Of a DNA stretch of 64,000 nt, positions 47,145 to 56,571 are shown piece after piece (positions within the stretch are counted from its first letter, which is position 1; every line of letters starts with the position of its first letter). The translations under genes and the position numbers were made by a program. The DNA lies in NCBI GenBank assembly GCA_049692125.1, contig JBAVOO010000088.1:2333-66332 (forward strand), given 5' to 3'. Under the pieces are notes generated by a model. The model saw only the letters and a program-made list of their open reading frames with translations, was not told the origin of the DNA and searched no databases. This stretch comes from Verrucomicrobiia bacterium (GTDB taxonomy: Bacteria > Verrucomicrobiota > Verrucomicrobiia > Limisphaerales > UBA11358).

Positions 47145-47768
47145 CTATACGAGTTTCACAAAATTTTCCAGCAGTTGCAAACCAACCTTCTGGCTCTTCT
47201 CCGGGTGAAATTGCGTGGCGAAAACGTTGTCGCGCCAGACCGATGACGCGAATTTGTCGCCGTATTCGGTGCGTGTGGCGACGATGCCGGCATCCGCCGG
47301 CTGCGGATAAAAGCTGTGGACGAAATAAACGTAGCTGCCATTGGCCACACCGCGGAACAGCGGGCAATCCGGCTTTGTGATTTCGAGCTGGTTCCAGCCG
47401 ATTTGCGGAATCTTCAGGCCATGCTTTTCGGAGAAGCGGATGACGCTGCCTTTGAAAATTCCGAGGCCGGCGGCGCAACTGTTGAATTCCTCGCTCTTCT
47501 CAAACAGCGCCTGGTAGCCGACGCAGATGCCGAGAAACGGCTTGCCGGACTTGATGAATTCACGCGCGGCTTCGAGCAGTTCCTGTTTGCGCAGCGCGTT
47601 GATGCAATCGTCGAACGCGCCGACGCCGGGCAGCACCATCGCCCGCGCATCACCGATTTCACCCGGTCGCTGCACGATGCACACGTCCGCGCCGACCTTG
47701 AGCAGCGCCTTGTGGACGCTGCGCAAATTGCCGGAGCCGTAATCAAGCAAAACAATCACGCGCTTCAT
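47145..47768 (-). CDS. hisH: Imidazole glycerol phosphate synthase, glutamine amidotransferase subunit
   Basis: VIVLLDYGSGNLRSV, GICVGYQ and TQFHPEKS. Confidence 0.92.
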   Translation of the reverse strand: MKRVIVLLDYGSGNLRSVHKALLKVGADVCIVQRPGEIGDARAMVLPGVGAFDDCINALRKQELLEAAREFIKSGKPFLGICVGYQALFEKSEEFNSCAAGLGIFKGSVIRFSEKHGLKIPQIGWNQLEITKPDCPLFRGVANGSYVYFVHSFYPQPADAGIVATRTEYGDKFASSVWRDNVFATQFHPEKSQKVGLQLLENFVKLV

Positions 47769-47864
47769 TTGACCACAGATGGGCACAGCTTGCCACGCCG
47801 AAATGCATGAAGGCGGGATGAAACGCGGAATTTTTCGGAGGGTGGAGTTCCACGACGCCCAAAA

Positions 47865-49016
47865 TCAGGGACTCGCGAAGCGCACCCCTCCGGGTTCCTT
47901 TTCGGTCTTCAACCGCAACTGACCGCACGCGGCATCAATATCGTGGCCTTTCTCGCGGCGCAGGGTGGCAGTGACCTTTTGCTTCTCCAGCGCGGCGAGA
48001 AATTTTTCCTGAACTTCCTCGCTTGGGCGTTCCCACGGCAGGCCCTCGACCTGGTTGTAGGGAATCAGGTTCACCTTCGCGAAAAGTCTGCGCGCGAGCG
48101 CGGCCAGCGGTTTGGCTTGCCCGACCGAATCGTTCACGCCGGCGATCAAAATATACTCGAACGTGAGCATCCGGCTTTTTTGTCCCTGATAATGCTCACA
48201 CGCCGCGACCAGTTCCTTGAGCGGATACTTGCGGTTTACCGGCATGATTTTGTTGCGCATTTCGTCCGTCGCGCCATGCAGCGAAATCGCGAGGCGAAAT
48301 TGCAATGGTTCGTCCGCCAGCCTGCGAATCTGCGGCGCGAGGCCGCTGGTCGAAATCGTGATTTTACGCGCGCCGATGCCGCCGCCCCACGGCGCATTCA
48401 AAATGCGCAACGCCTTGAGCAGGTTGTCGTAATTTGCCAGCGGCTCGCCCATGCCCATGATGACGAGATTGTCTATCAATCTTTCATTCGTCCTCGTCGT
48501 CGTCCTCGTTCTCGTAATCGGTTCTTCCGTTGGGTTCGAGGACGAGGACGACGAAGCATTCCACCTTTCCACAGCCAGAACTTGCTCCACAATTTCGTCC
48601 GGCGTCAGGTTGCGTTTCAAGCCGTCGAGGCCGCTCGCGCAGAATTTGCAGCCGTAGGCGCAGCCGACCTGGGTGGAAACGCAGAGCGTATGGCGGTCGC
48701 TCGCGTCGCCGTAAAGCGCGGGGTTGGCGGAAATCAGAACGCTTTCGATGAGCGAGTGGTCGTGCAGCCGCCAGAGGAATTTTTGAGTGGTATCGCGCGA
48801 ACCTTGTTTGCGAACCAGTTCCAGCGTTTGCAATGAATACGTCTGCCGCAATTTTTCACGCAACGGCTGGGGCAGATTGGTCATGGCCTCCCAGTCGGTG
48901 ACGCGGCGGGGATAAAGCCATTCAAGCAATTGCGCCACGCGGTATGTGGGCTGATGCCACGCAGCGAACTGCGCCTCCAGTTCCTCGCGCGTCAGCGATT
49001 TTATGTCTTGCAACAC
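47865..49016 (-). CDS. rlmN: 23S rRNA/tRNA (adenine-C2) methyltransferase, radical SAM
   Basis: CVSTQVGCAYGCKFCASG and MGMGEPLANYDN. Contains a repeat-derived in-frame insert. Confidence 0.9.
   Translation of the reverse strand: MLQDIKSLTREELEAQFAAWHQPTYRVAQLLEWLYPRRVTDWEAMTNLPQPLREKLRQTYSLQTLELVRKQGSRDTTQKFLWRLHDHSLIESVLISANPALYGDASDRHTLCVSTQVGCAYGCKFCASGLDGLKRNLTPDEIVEQVLAVERWNASSSSSSNPTEEPITRTRTTTRTNERLIDNLVIMGMGEPLANYDNLLKALRILNAPWGGGIGARKITISTSGLAPQIRRLADEPLQFRLAISLHGATDEMRNKIMPVNRKYPLKELVAACEHYQGQKSRMLTFEYILIAGVNDSVGQAKPLAALARRLFAKVNLIPYNQVEGLPWERPSEEVQEKFLAALEKQKVTATLRREKGHDIDAACGQLRLKTEKEPGGVRFASP
48487..48555. repeat. Repeat family R4 palindrome (ttcgtcctcgtcg...cgtaatcg...cgaggacgaggacgacgaa) inside rlmN
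   Basis: 69 nt (23 codons). It encodes SSSSSSNPTEEPITRTRTTTRTN. Related to 53177-53268. Confidence 0.75.
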
Positions 49017-49308
49017 ACCCGCAACTTAACCGGCGTGGGGCGGGAAACCAAGCGCATCGTCAGGCAACGTCAGGATTAAAATCCATGCCTTTGCGTCCAG
49101 ACCCCGGGGCCAACCGGCGGGCGGACGCGAAAATGAAGCGCTTTGCGTGCCGGCTCCGTCGCAGGGAATGCAAATCGAGGTTGCAGTTTAAGTTTTTGGT
49201 GTTAATGGTAAACCTGATGTCACGAAACGGTCAGGTTGTCAGCCTGCCGCGTATTGTTGCGCGGCCCGTAAAAGTTCGCCACCAGCCATCCCTTGAAATG
49301 ATTCATCC

Positions 49309-50244
49309 ATGAAAAATTCACGCATGAAACGCCACGGACTTAACCGCCGCCAGTTTATTCGAAATTCTGCCGTTCTGGCCGGCGCCGCGTTGCTGCCGTC
49401 GTGGGCGCTTCCCGGCGTCCGCGCCGCGGCCGCCCAAGCCGCCAAACGCACCGCGGTGGACCCAGTGACGCTGGGCAAGACCGGCATCAAACTCAGCCGG
49501 CTGGGCTTTGGCACCGGCAGCGACAACGGTCACATCCAGACCGCCCTCGGCAAGGATGACTTCAACAAACTCATCCATTATGCCTACGACCAGGGGATCA
49601 CTTGTTTTGACACCTCCCAGACCTACGCAACGTTCACCTGGATTGGCGACGCCATCAAGGGACTGCCACGCGAAAAACTTTTCATTCAATCCAAAATCCC
49701 CGGCAAACCGGACGACGTGCTGGCCACGATTGACAACCACCGCAAGACATTCAACACGGACTACATTGACAGCCTGCTCGTCCATTGCATGGTTCGGGAC
49801 CAATGGACCGACGAATGGAAGCGCATCATGGATGCATTCGACGAGGCCAAGGAGAAGAAATGGATCCGGGCCAAGGGTGTTTCCTGTCACACGCTGCCCG
49901 CGTTGCGCGCCGCCACTGCCAGCAACTGGACCGAAGTGCATCTGGTGCGGGTGAATCCGCAGGGCAATCACACCGACGGCATGAAAGCGGACTGGAGCGG
50001 CGAGCTTCACAATGACATCACGCCAGTAATGCAGGGAATCAAGACCATGCACGCGCAGGGCCGCGGTGTGATCGGCATGAAGATCATTGGCAACGGCAGT
50101 TTCACCGACCCGGCCGACCGGGAAAAATCCATCCGCTTTGCGATGGCCTGCAAGGAAATTGACGCCGTCGTCATCGGGTTCAAGAGCCGGGAGGAAATTG
50201 ACGAGGCCATTGAACGAATGAACCGCGCGCTCGCCGAAGTTTGA
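49309..50244 (+). CDS. Aldo/keto reductase with twin-arginine signal peptide
   Basis: NRRQFIRNSAVLAGAALL Tat motif. AKR-like LGFGTG and DTSQTY. Confidence 0.8.
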   Translation: MKNSRMKRHGLNRRQFIRNSAVLAGAALLPSWALPGVRAAAAQAAKRTAVDPVTLGKTGIKLSRLGFGTGSDNGHIQTALGKDDFNKLIHYAYDQGITCFDTSQTYATFTWIGDAIKGLPREKLFIQSKIPGKPDDVLATIDNHRKTFNTDYIDSLLVHCMVRDQWTDEWKRIMDAFDEAKEKKWIRAKGVSCHTLPALRAATASNWTEVHLVRVNPQGNHTDGMKADWSGELHNDITPVMQGIKTMHAQGRGVIGMKIIGNGSFTDPADREKSIRFAMACKEIDAVVIGFKSREEIDEAIERMNRALAEV

Positions 50245-50313
50245 CGTGTGCCGGGGAGTGGTGGCCGGCTTCCGTGCGCGTCGCGATGGCTTGCGGGCCG
50301 GCCCGGGGCGGGC

Positions 50314-51345
50314 TTAATACGTCAGCAATTCCAGTTCGCGAATTCCCGTGTCGGTCAATTGCCAGCGGTTGCTGTGTTTGACCACGAGATGACGGCAGTG
50401 ATTGGCTTTTTCCTCGGCTTCATTCACGGAGAGGAGTTGGAATCTGCCCTGGCCGTGGATTTCCGAGGCGGCGCGCGGCATCAGGGCGAAGGCCACGCCG
50501 TTGTAATTCAGGGTGATTTCATAACCGGCCACGCCTTCTTTTTCAGCCTTGGGATTTGGAAGAACCAGCGCCGCGTAGCGTTTCAGATACGGAAAGCTGG
50601 TCGAGCGGACGAACACGCGGCAAAGTTCGGTCTGGCTGCGGACGAAATTCAGCAAGCTGAATTTGGCCACAGGATTGTGTTCGGCGAGCAGAATTTCGCG
50701 CACGTCGATGCCGTTGAGGTTCTGCCCGTTCCAGATGCTGTGGTCGTTGCGCTGTTTGGGAAAGGTTTGTTTATACCAACTGGCAAAGCCCTCGTTGACG
50801 AACACGTTCAATTCAAAATGCACGTGCGCCCGGTCCTTGGTGATGGTTTCGCTGGTGTTCGACGTGCGGCCCATCGTGGCGATGACTTCACCGGCCTTGA
50901 CCTGTTTGCCGACGGCGAGACCGGGCTGGATTTCGCTCAAATGCGCATAGAGCGAATAAATCTCGATGCCTTCAATGATATGGCGGATGACGACATATTT
51001 CCCGTAATTCGACAGCGCCGGCCTGGTGCTGAAATAAACCACCGTGCCATCGGCGGTGGCCTTGACGGGATCGGTCGGCTCGCCGTGCCGGTCGCGCTGC
51101 AGGCAGCGGATGTCGAGTCCCTCGTGCATTTGCCGGCCGTCACTGCGGACGCAGCCGAAACTGCCGGTCGTCCACGGTTTGTCCGGCGCGGTCGGGGCAA
51201 AGAATTTCAGTTCGTCTCCCATTTCATACAAGGCGTGATTGGCGGTGGGAAATTGGAACGGCTGTTGCGCGAAAAGGCTGGCGCCCAATCCCAGGGACAG
51301 CGCGACGGCGGAAAAAATGGCGCGGCCAACAGCGGGAAAAATCAT
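50314..51345 (-). CDS. M23-family metallopeptidase
   Basis: HEGLDI and AHVHFEL motifs. Signal peptide MIFPAVGRAIFSAVALSLGLGASLFA. ATGA overlap with the upstream gene. Confidence 0.8.
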   Translation of the reverse strand: MIFPAVGRAIFSAVALSLGLGASLFAQQPFQFPTANHALYEMGDELKFFAPTAPDKPWTTGSFGCVRSDGRQMHEGLDIRCLQRDRHGEPTDPVKATADGTVVYFSTRPALSNYGKYVVIRHIIEGIEIYSLYAHLSEIQPGLAVGKQVKAGEVIATMGRTSNTSETITKDRAHVHFELNVFVNEGFASWYKQTFPKQRNDHSIWNGQNLNGIDVREILLAEHNPVAKFSLLNFVRSQTELCRVFVRSTSFPYLKRYAALVLPNPKAEKEGVAGYEITLNYNGVAFALMPRAASEIHGQGRFQLLSVNEAEEKANHCRHLVVKHSNRWQLTDTGIRELELLTY

Positions 51346-51869
51346 TTTAGCAAATGCTTGCGGATTTTCTTCGCGACGTTGTTGAGACCCAGTACAAGTT
51401 GATCGGCCTCCTTGCGCGAGCAGTCGGGCGTGAACGCCAGCACGCCGTCGGCAATGCGATGCGTGATGACCGGCGCGGCGAGCCAGCGGCCAGCGACGGG
51501 TTTTTCGCTCCATTGACCGAAGATGGCAAAATGGCGGCCGGGATTGGCGGCGGAATATTGTTCGAGCAACCAGGTGCCGTTTTCATCGAATTTAATTTCG
51601 ATGGCAAAACCGCCGCGCGCGTCAATGACTTTGGCTGCGACAATATCGGCTTCCGTCAAAATCGGTTCGCGCTTGATGGTGACGAGCACGGGTTCGGAGC
51701 GAAGCACGGAAATGTTCTGGCTCGTGCCGGCGGGGTCGGGACTCACCTCGAGGTGCAGGCGGAAAGCGCCAACTTCCTTTCCAGGTTCACCGGTCTGGCA
51801 GCCGCAAGCCAGTCCCAGCAGGACTGGCAGCGCCAAATAGATGTTGAATCGTCGCGCCAAAACTTTCAT
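51342..51869 (-). CDS. Hypothetical lipoprotein
   Basis: MKVLARRFNIYLALPVLLGLACGC lipobox. Confidence 0.55.
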   Translation of the reverse strand: MKVLARRFNIYLALPVLLGLACGCQTGEPGKEVGAFRLHLEVSPDPAGTSQNISVLRSEPVLVTIKREPILTEADIVAAKVIDARGGFAIEIKFDENGTWLLEQYSAANPGRHFAIFGQWSEKPVAGRWLAAPVITHRIADGVLAFTPDCSRKEADQLVLGLNNVAKKIRKHLLK

Positions 51870-51915
51870 AGTGGGCCTCACAAAACCGCAACCCGCGTAC
51901 AAAGTAAAGACACTT

Positions 51916-52029
51916 ATGGGCAGACAATCCAACAAAGTTGAAAATCGAAAACGCCGGAAAAGCTACCTCAAACGCAAAAAGATGGCGGCGAAAATGAAAA
52001 AAGCCGCGAAGTCCAAACCTGCGGCTTGA
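51916..52029 (+). CDS. Small, highly basic protein (37 aa)
   Basis: MGRQSNKVENRKRRKSYLKRKKMAAKMKKAAKSKPAA, followed by a strong intrinsic terminator. Confidence 0.4.
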   Translation: MGRQSNKVENRKRRKSYLKRKKMAAKMKKAAKSKPAA

Positions 52030-52051
52030 GCGCAAATCTTTCGAAAAATCA

Positions 52052-52087
52052 AAAGGTCATCCGGACGGGTGGCCTTTTTTGTTTTTT
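52052..52087 (+). terminator. Rho-independent terminator
   Basis: aaaggtcatcc-ggac-gggtggccttt hairpin, then ttttttgtttttt. Confidence 0.75.
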
Positions 52088-52266
52088 GTGTATTTTTTAA
52101 ATTCTTCAAAACATAAACTTCTTCACCGCGCGGAATTTCCGGCGAAAATCCGGTGAATAATTCTTCGTTCAAATTGGGCGAACAGTCCGATTCCATTGGC
52201 TGATTCGAATTGTTCGCAAGTTGTTCACGGGTCGTTTTCGGTGAACAAACTGTGCATATCAATTCG

Positions 52267-52294
52267 TTGTCGGTTTGGGGATTTGAGTTATGAT
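52267..52294 (+). promoter_or_regulatory. Sigma-70-like promoter candidate
   Basis: TTGTCG, then a 16-nt spacer, then TATGAT. It sits in an AT-rich stretch just upstream of the structured region. Confidence 0.35.
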
Positions 52295-52299
52295 GTTCA

Positions 52300-53171
52300 C
52301 AGTTCATTGAAAGAACGAAGCGGACGGTAAAGATCGAAAGATTGAGTTGTTCGTTTCAGGATAATCCCAGGTGACTGGGGAAAGGTCGGGTCAGGCTGGT
52401 TGGCCCGGCTCCTCTGAAGTTGGATCGCAAGGTTCGATGGGGAGGCAGAATTCACCAGTTCCTCTGGCGGTGTTCGCACACCGTCAAATGCGAATGAGGG
52501 ACTTGGCGGCGAGGGGCGATGAGAAGCCGCTCCGAGCCGGGTCAAGTAGTTCAGGCTGGTTTCGAGCCTGGGCGAATCGCAGTTACCCAGAGGGTATCCG
52601 GTTGCTACTGCGCATCAGCACGGACGGGCGACTCTGGCGGTCACGCAAAAAACGGGATCGGCCAAAAGAAAGACGCCGAAAGGCGGGACAAAATGAGCGT
52701 TCGCACCGGGAAGGACACGACGGCTCGGCAGGCTGCGTGAAAACCTTCCAAGCGTCGGCGATGTTAAAAACGACACCGCTGAGCTGTGAGCAAAAGGCGA
52801 CCTGAGAGTGAAGAGGCGAGACCCGTGGCTTCGGGCGAACGCGCCGTCAAAAGCGGCGGCTGACCCGGGGCTAAGTGGTGGAGACGCGAAGAGCAAATCA
52901 CAGACGTGTCTTCATCTGGTCTGCAAGCTGGTGGCGCAACCATCAGTTAAAGCAGGCTGAAAAGCCTCACTCGAAATCCAGCGGCCGCAAGGCGCTGGAC
53001 GGCCCTGCCACGAGGCCGGAGACTCCGCTTGCCGTGGAGAATGGCGTCGGGAAGCCGACAGCCCCCGAAAGGGGCGCGCCTAATGTCGGCATGGGAAAGA
53101 GAGCCTGGCACACTCCCATCCCCCATTTGTCCCTGCTCGACCGAAAGGCCGGGCAGGGACTTATTGTTTTT
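52300..53171 (+). ncRNA. Candidate large structured non-coding RNA (class unknown)
   Basis: No credible ORF in ~870 nt. Many GNRA-capped hairpins, e.g. ccagcg-g-cc-GCAA-gg-cgctgg (52978-52998), ctggtgg-cGCAA-ccatcag (52931-52949), gcccc-cGAAAg-ggggc and cgcc-GAAA-ggcg. Own terminator at 53129-53171. Confidence 0.45.
53129..53171 (+). terminator. Rho-independent terminator
   Basis: gtccctgc ... gcagggac stem with an inner cc-GAAA-gg, followed by ttattgttttt. Confidence 0.7.
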
Positions 53172-53176
53172 GGGAA

Positions 53177-53268
53177 TCGTCCTCGTCCTCCTCCTCGTGT
53201 TCGTAATCGAAAGGCAAGAAAATCGGGAACGAGAAAACGATTGCCGGTTACGATTACGAGGACGATGA
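53177..53268. repeat. R4-family palindrome
   Basis: tcgtcctcgtcctcctcctcgtgttcgtaatcg ... cgattacgaggacgatgag. Confidence 0.75.
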
Positions 53269-53353
53269 GAAACAAAATTCCGCTTGCTCTCGTTCCCAAC
53301 TCGTCACAATCTTGACTAACAAGAACGATTAAGCGAATTCTGAAAGGATTGTT

Positions 53354-54337
53354 ATGGGACGCATTTATAACAACATCGTCGAGACCGTCGGGCGCACCCC
53401 GCTGGTCAAATTGAACAAAGTCACCGCCGGCCTGCCCGCGACCATTCTTCTCAAGTGCGAATTTTTCAATCCGCTCAGCAGCGTCAAGGATCGCATCGGC
53501 ATGGCAATGATTGAGGACGCCGAAAAGCGCGGCATCCTCAAAAAAGACACCGTCATCATCGAGCCGACAAGCGGCAACACCGGCATTGCCCTCGCCTTCG
53601 TCGCGGCGGCCAAGGGTTACAAAATCATTTTGACCATGCCGGAAACGATGTCGGTGGAACGCCGTACGTTGCTGGCGATGCTCGGCGCGAAGCTGGTTTT
53701 GACACCCGGCGCGGAAGGCATGAAGGGCGCGATTGCCCGCGCGGAACAGCTCGCCAAGGAAACGCCGAACGCCTGGATTCCGCAGCAGTTTGAAAATCCG
53801 GCCAACGTGGAAATTCATCGCAAGACCACGGCGGAGGAAATTTGGGCCGACACGGACGGCAAGGTGGACATTTTGGTCGCGGGTGTCGGGACGGGCGGCA
53901 CCATCACCGGCTGTGTGGAGGTGATTAAACCGCGCAAACCATCTTTTGAAGCCATTGCGGTGGATCCGAAGGATTCGCCGGTTATCGCGCAAACGCTTGC
54001 TGGCCAGCCATTGAAGCCCGGCCCTCATAAAATCCAGGGATTGGGTGCCGGGTTTATTCCCAGGAACCTGCATTTGAAGGATGAGAAGGGCAATCCGCTG
54101 ATCAAGGAATCCATTCAAGTGGCCAACGACGACGCGTTTGCCATGGCGCGGCGGCTGGCCAAGGAAGAGGGAATTTTGTGCGGCATTTCATCTGGCGCGA
54201 ACGTCTGGGCGGCGATCCAGGTTGCCAAACGTCCTGAAAACAAGGGCAAACTCATCGTCACTTTCGCCCCGTCCACGGGCGAACGTTACCTCAGCACGCC
54301 GCTGGCCGCCGAAGCGAAGGCGGAAGTGGGCGGATAA
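53354..54337 (+). CDS. cysK: Cysteine synthase A (O-acetylserine sulfhydrylase)
   Basis: [16 protein letters not shown] (PLP Lys), [10 protein letters not shown] and [10 protein letters not shown]. Confidence 0.92.
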   Translation: MGRIYNNIVETVGRTPLVKLNKVTAGLPATILLKCEFFNPLSSVKDRIGMAMIEDAEKRGILKKDTVIIEPTSGNTGIALAFVAAAKGYKIILTMPETMSVERRTLLAMLGAKLVLTPGAEGMKGAIARAEQLAKETPNAWIPQQFENPANVEIHRKTTAEEIWADTDGKVDILVAGVGTGGTITGCVEVIKPRKPSFEAIAVDPKDSPVIAQTLAGQPLKPGPHKIQGLGAGFIPRNLHLKDEKGNPLIKESIQVANDDAFAMARRLAKEEGILCGISSGANVWAAIQVAKRPENKGKLIVTFAPSTGERYLSTPLAAEAKAEVGG

Positions 54338-54553
54338 TGGAAGAGGAGCAATGGGAATTGAAACTCGCCTGCCCACGGTTCTAATAATCCATCACCTCAA
54401 TTTCTTTAAAATAATTGTTGCATTTGGCGGGTTTTGCCCGTAATAAGTGGGTGTCGAAGGTTTTAAGGACCTCGTTTTTGCGGGGTTGCTTCCCAAAATT
54501 CAATAATTCAAAACTGGTTTAGGGATTAATTCCTGCCTTCGAGCACACAACAT

Positions 54554-55699
54554 ATGAGCGGTTCAGAAAACAACAACGACGATAAAACGTCGAATTATGG
54601 TTCGGGCTTTCTGGAGATTTCCGAGAAGGGCTTCGGCTTTCTCCGCACGGTCGCCAACCATTTTCATCCCAAACCGACCGACATTTTTGTCACGCCTGAC
54701 ACCATCCGGCGCAGTTTCCTGCGCGAAGGCAGCTACGTCGCCGGGCCGACGCAGCCGCCGCATCGCGGCACCAGTCCGCAGCTCAAGGCTGTTGACAAGG
54801 TCAATGAAATGCCGTTTGAGGATTACACCAAGGCCGTCCGCTTTGAAAACCTCACCACGATTGATCCGATTGAAAAATTCAACCTCGAAACCAGCCCCGA
54901 CCTGATCGAAACGCGCATCATTGACCTGGTTACGCCGATCGGCAAGGGCACGCGCGGGTTGATCGTCTCCCCGCCCCGCAGCGGCAAGACCACCATTCTC
55001 AAGCAAATCTGCAACGCCGTCACCACGAACCATCCCGATGTCTATGTCATGGTGCTGCTCATTGACGAGCGGCCGGAAGAGGTCACTGATTTCCAGCGCT
55101 CGGTCAAAGCCGAGGTGGTTGCGTCGTCGAACGACATGGATTTGGAAACGCATGTGCGCCTTTCGCGTTTTATGATCGAGCGTTGCCGTCGCATCGTTGA
55201 ATCCGGCAAGGACGCTTTTGTATTGATGGATTCGCTCACGCGCATCGCCCGCGCCTACAACAGCGTTCATGGCGGCAGCGGCCGCACGATGACCGGCGGC
55301 GTGGACGCGCGCGCGCTGGAAATTCCGCGCAAGATGTTCGCCTCGGCGCGCAAAATCGAGGAGGGCGGTTCGCTGACGATTCTGGCCACCGCGCTGGTGG
55401 ACACCGGGTCGCGCATGGACGAACTGATTTTTCAGGAGTTCAAAGGCACGGGCAACATGGAGTTGATTCTCGACCGCAAACTGTCCGACCGGCGGTTGTT
55501 TCCGGCCATTGACATTCCCAAGAGCGGCACGCGCAAGGAGGAAAAACTTTTCCCGGCAAAATATCTTGAAGCCATCCGCAAATTGCGCCGCACGATGGTG
55601 GATTTGAATCCCATCGAAGCGATGGAAACACTCACCGCCGCGCTCAAGAAACACAAGACCAACGAAGAGTTGCTCGCGAGGCTCGAAAAGGGCGGTTGA
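54554..55699 (+). CDS. rho: Transcription termination factor Rho
   Basis: GFGFLR RNA-binding domain, Walker A PPRSGKTT, LIDERPEEV, ALVDTGSRMDE. Confidence 0.93.
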   Translation: MSGSENNNDDKTSNYGSGFLEISEKGFGFLRTVANHFHPKPTDIFVTPDTIRRSFLREGSYVAGPTQPPHRGTSPQLKAVDKVNEMPFEDYTKAVRFENLTTIDPIEKFNLETSPDLIETRIIDLVTPIGKGTRGLIVSPPRSGKTTILKQICNAVTTNHPDVYVMVLLIDERPEEVTDFQRSVKAEVVASSNDMDLETHVRLSRFMIERCRRIVESGKDAFVLMDSLTRIARAYNSVHGGSGRTMTGGVDARALEIPRKMFASARKIEEGGSLTILATALVDTGSRMDELIFQEFKGTGNMELILDRKLSDRRLFPAIDIPKSGTRKEEKLFPAKYLEAIRKLRRTMVDLNPIEAMETLTAALKKHKTNEELLARLEKGG

Positions 55700-55730
55700 G
55701 CCGGAACGCGGGCGGGCGTTCGGGACCGGC

Positions 55731-56552
55731 ATGTTCGGATTTCTTAAAAAACGCCGCCGTGACAGCATTCGGAGCCGGCCGTTCCCTTCAGAATGGCGCG
55801 ACATTCTTATGCGCCGTTATTCCATTTATTCCCGCCTCCCGCCGGCGGATCGCCAGGAATTGGAGGGACACATTCACGTTTTCCTGGCGGAGAAACGGTT
55901 CGAGGGCTGTGGCGGGCAGAAAATCACCGATGAAGTGAGGGTGTTGATCGCGGCGCAGGCGTGCCTGTTGCTGCTGCACCGGGACACGGACTGCTACCCC
56001 CACCTGCACAGCATCCTGGTCTATCCTTCAAGTTACATCGCCAAAACGTGGCACTGGGAAAAAGACGGGACGATGACCGAAGGAAACCAGGTGCGGGGAG
56101 GCGAATCCTGGCCGCATGGGACGGTGGTTCTGGCGTGGGATGGGGCGATCGCCGGCGCGGTGGAACTGAGCAAAGGCCGGAATCTGGTCCTTCATGAATT
56201 TGCCCACCAGCTTGATGAGGAGGACGGTATCGCTGACGGCGCTCCGCTCCTGAGCGGGTCAACAAACTTGTGGCAAATCCACCACCGCTATCAGACGTGG
56301 GCCAAAGTTCTAAGCGCGGAATTCCACCAGCTTCGCCGCGCGGCGGAAGACGGCCGGGAGACGGTCCTGGACACGTATGGCGCCCAAAATCCAGCGGAGT
56401 TTTTTGCCGTGGCCACGGAATGTTTTTTCGAGAAGCCCGGTCAACTGAAGGAACGGCATCCGGCGTTGTATGCCGAGTTGAAAGAGTTCTACCGGCAAGA
56501 CCCGATGCTCTATGCGCCAGCAAACCCTGAAAGAAATGAATATCCGGCATGA
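55731..56552 (+). CDS. M90/MtfA-like zinc metallopeptidase
   Basis: HEFAHQLD zinc motif and FAVATECFFEKP. Confidence 0.75.
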   Translation: MFGFLKKRRRDSIRSRPFPSEWRDILMRRYSIYSRLPPADRQELEGHIHVFLAEKRFEGCGGQKITDEVRVLIAAQACLLLLHRDTDCYPHLHSILVYPSSYIAKTWHWEKDGTMTEGNQVRGGESWPHGTVVLAWDGAIAGAVELSKGRNLVLHEFAHQLDEEDGIADGAPLLSGSTNLWQIHHRYQTWAKVLSAEFHQLRRAAEDGRETVLDTYGAQNPAEFFAVATECFFEKPGQLKERHPALYAELKEFYRQDPMLYAPANPERNEYPA

Positions 56553-56571
56553 GAAAAAATCCCAACCGGGA

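Noticed and set aside
46972-47478. N-terminal extension of ORF 46399-47478
   Set aside because: It runs through the degenerate R1 repeat and overlaps hisH in another frame. The lipoprotein signal begins near 46971-47010.
52300-53171. Identification as RNase P RNA, tmRNA, SRP RNA, a group II intron or a TPP/cobalamin riboswitch
   Set aside because: GGGGAAAGGTCGGG only loosely resembles the RNase P GAGGAAAGUCCGGG box. There is no ACAGAA..GGCUUA, no tRNA-like 3' end or tag ORF, no SRP GGAA motif context, no domain V-like helix and no B12 box. The class is left unknown.
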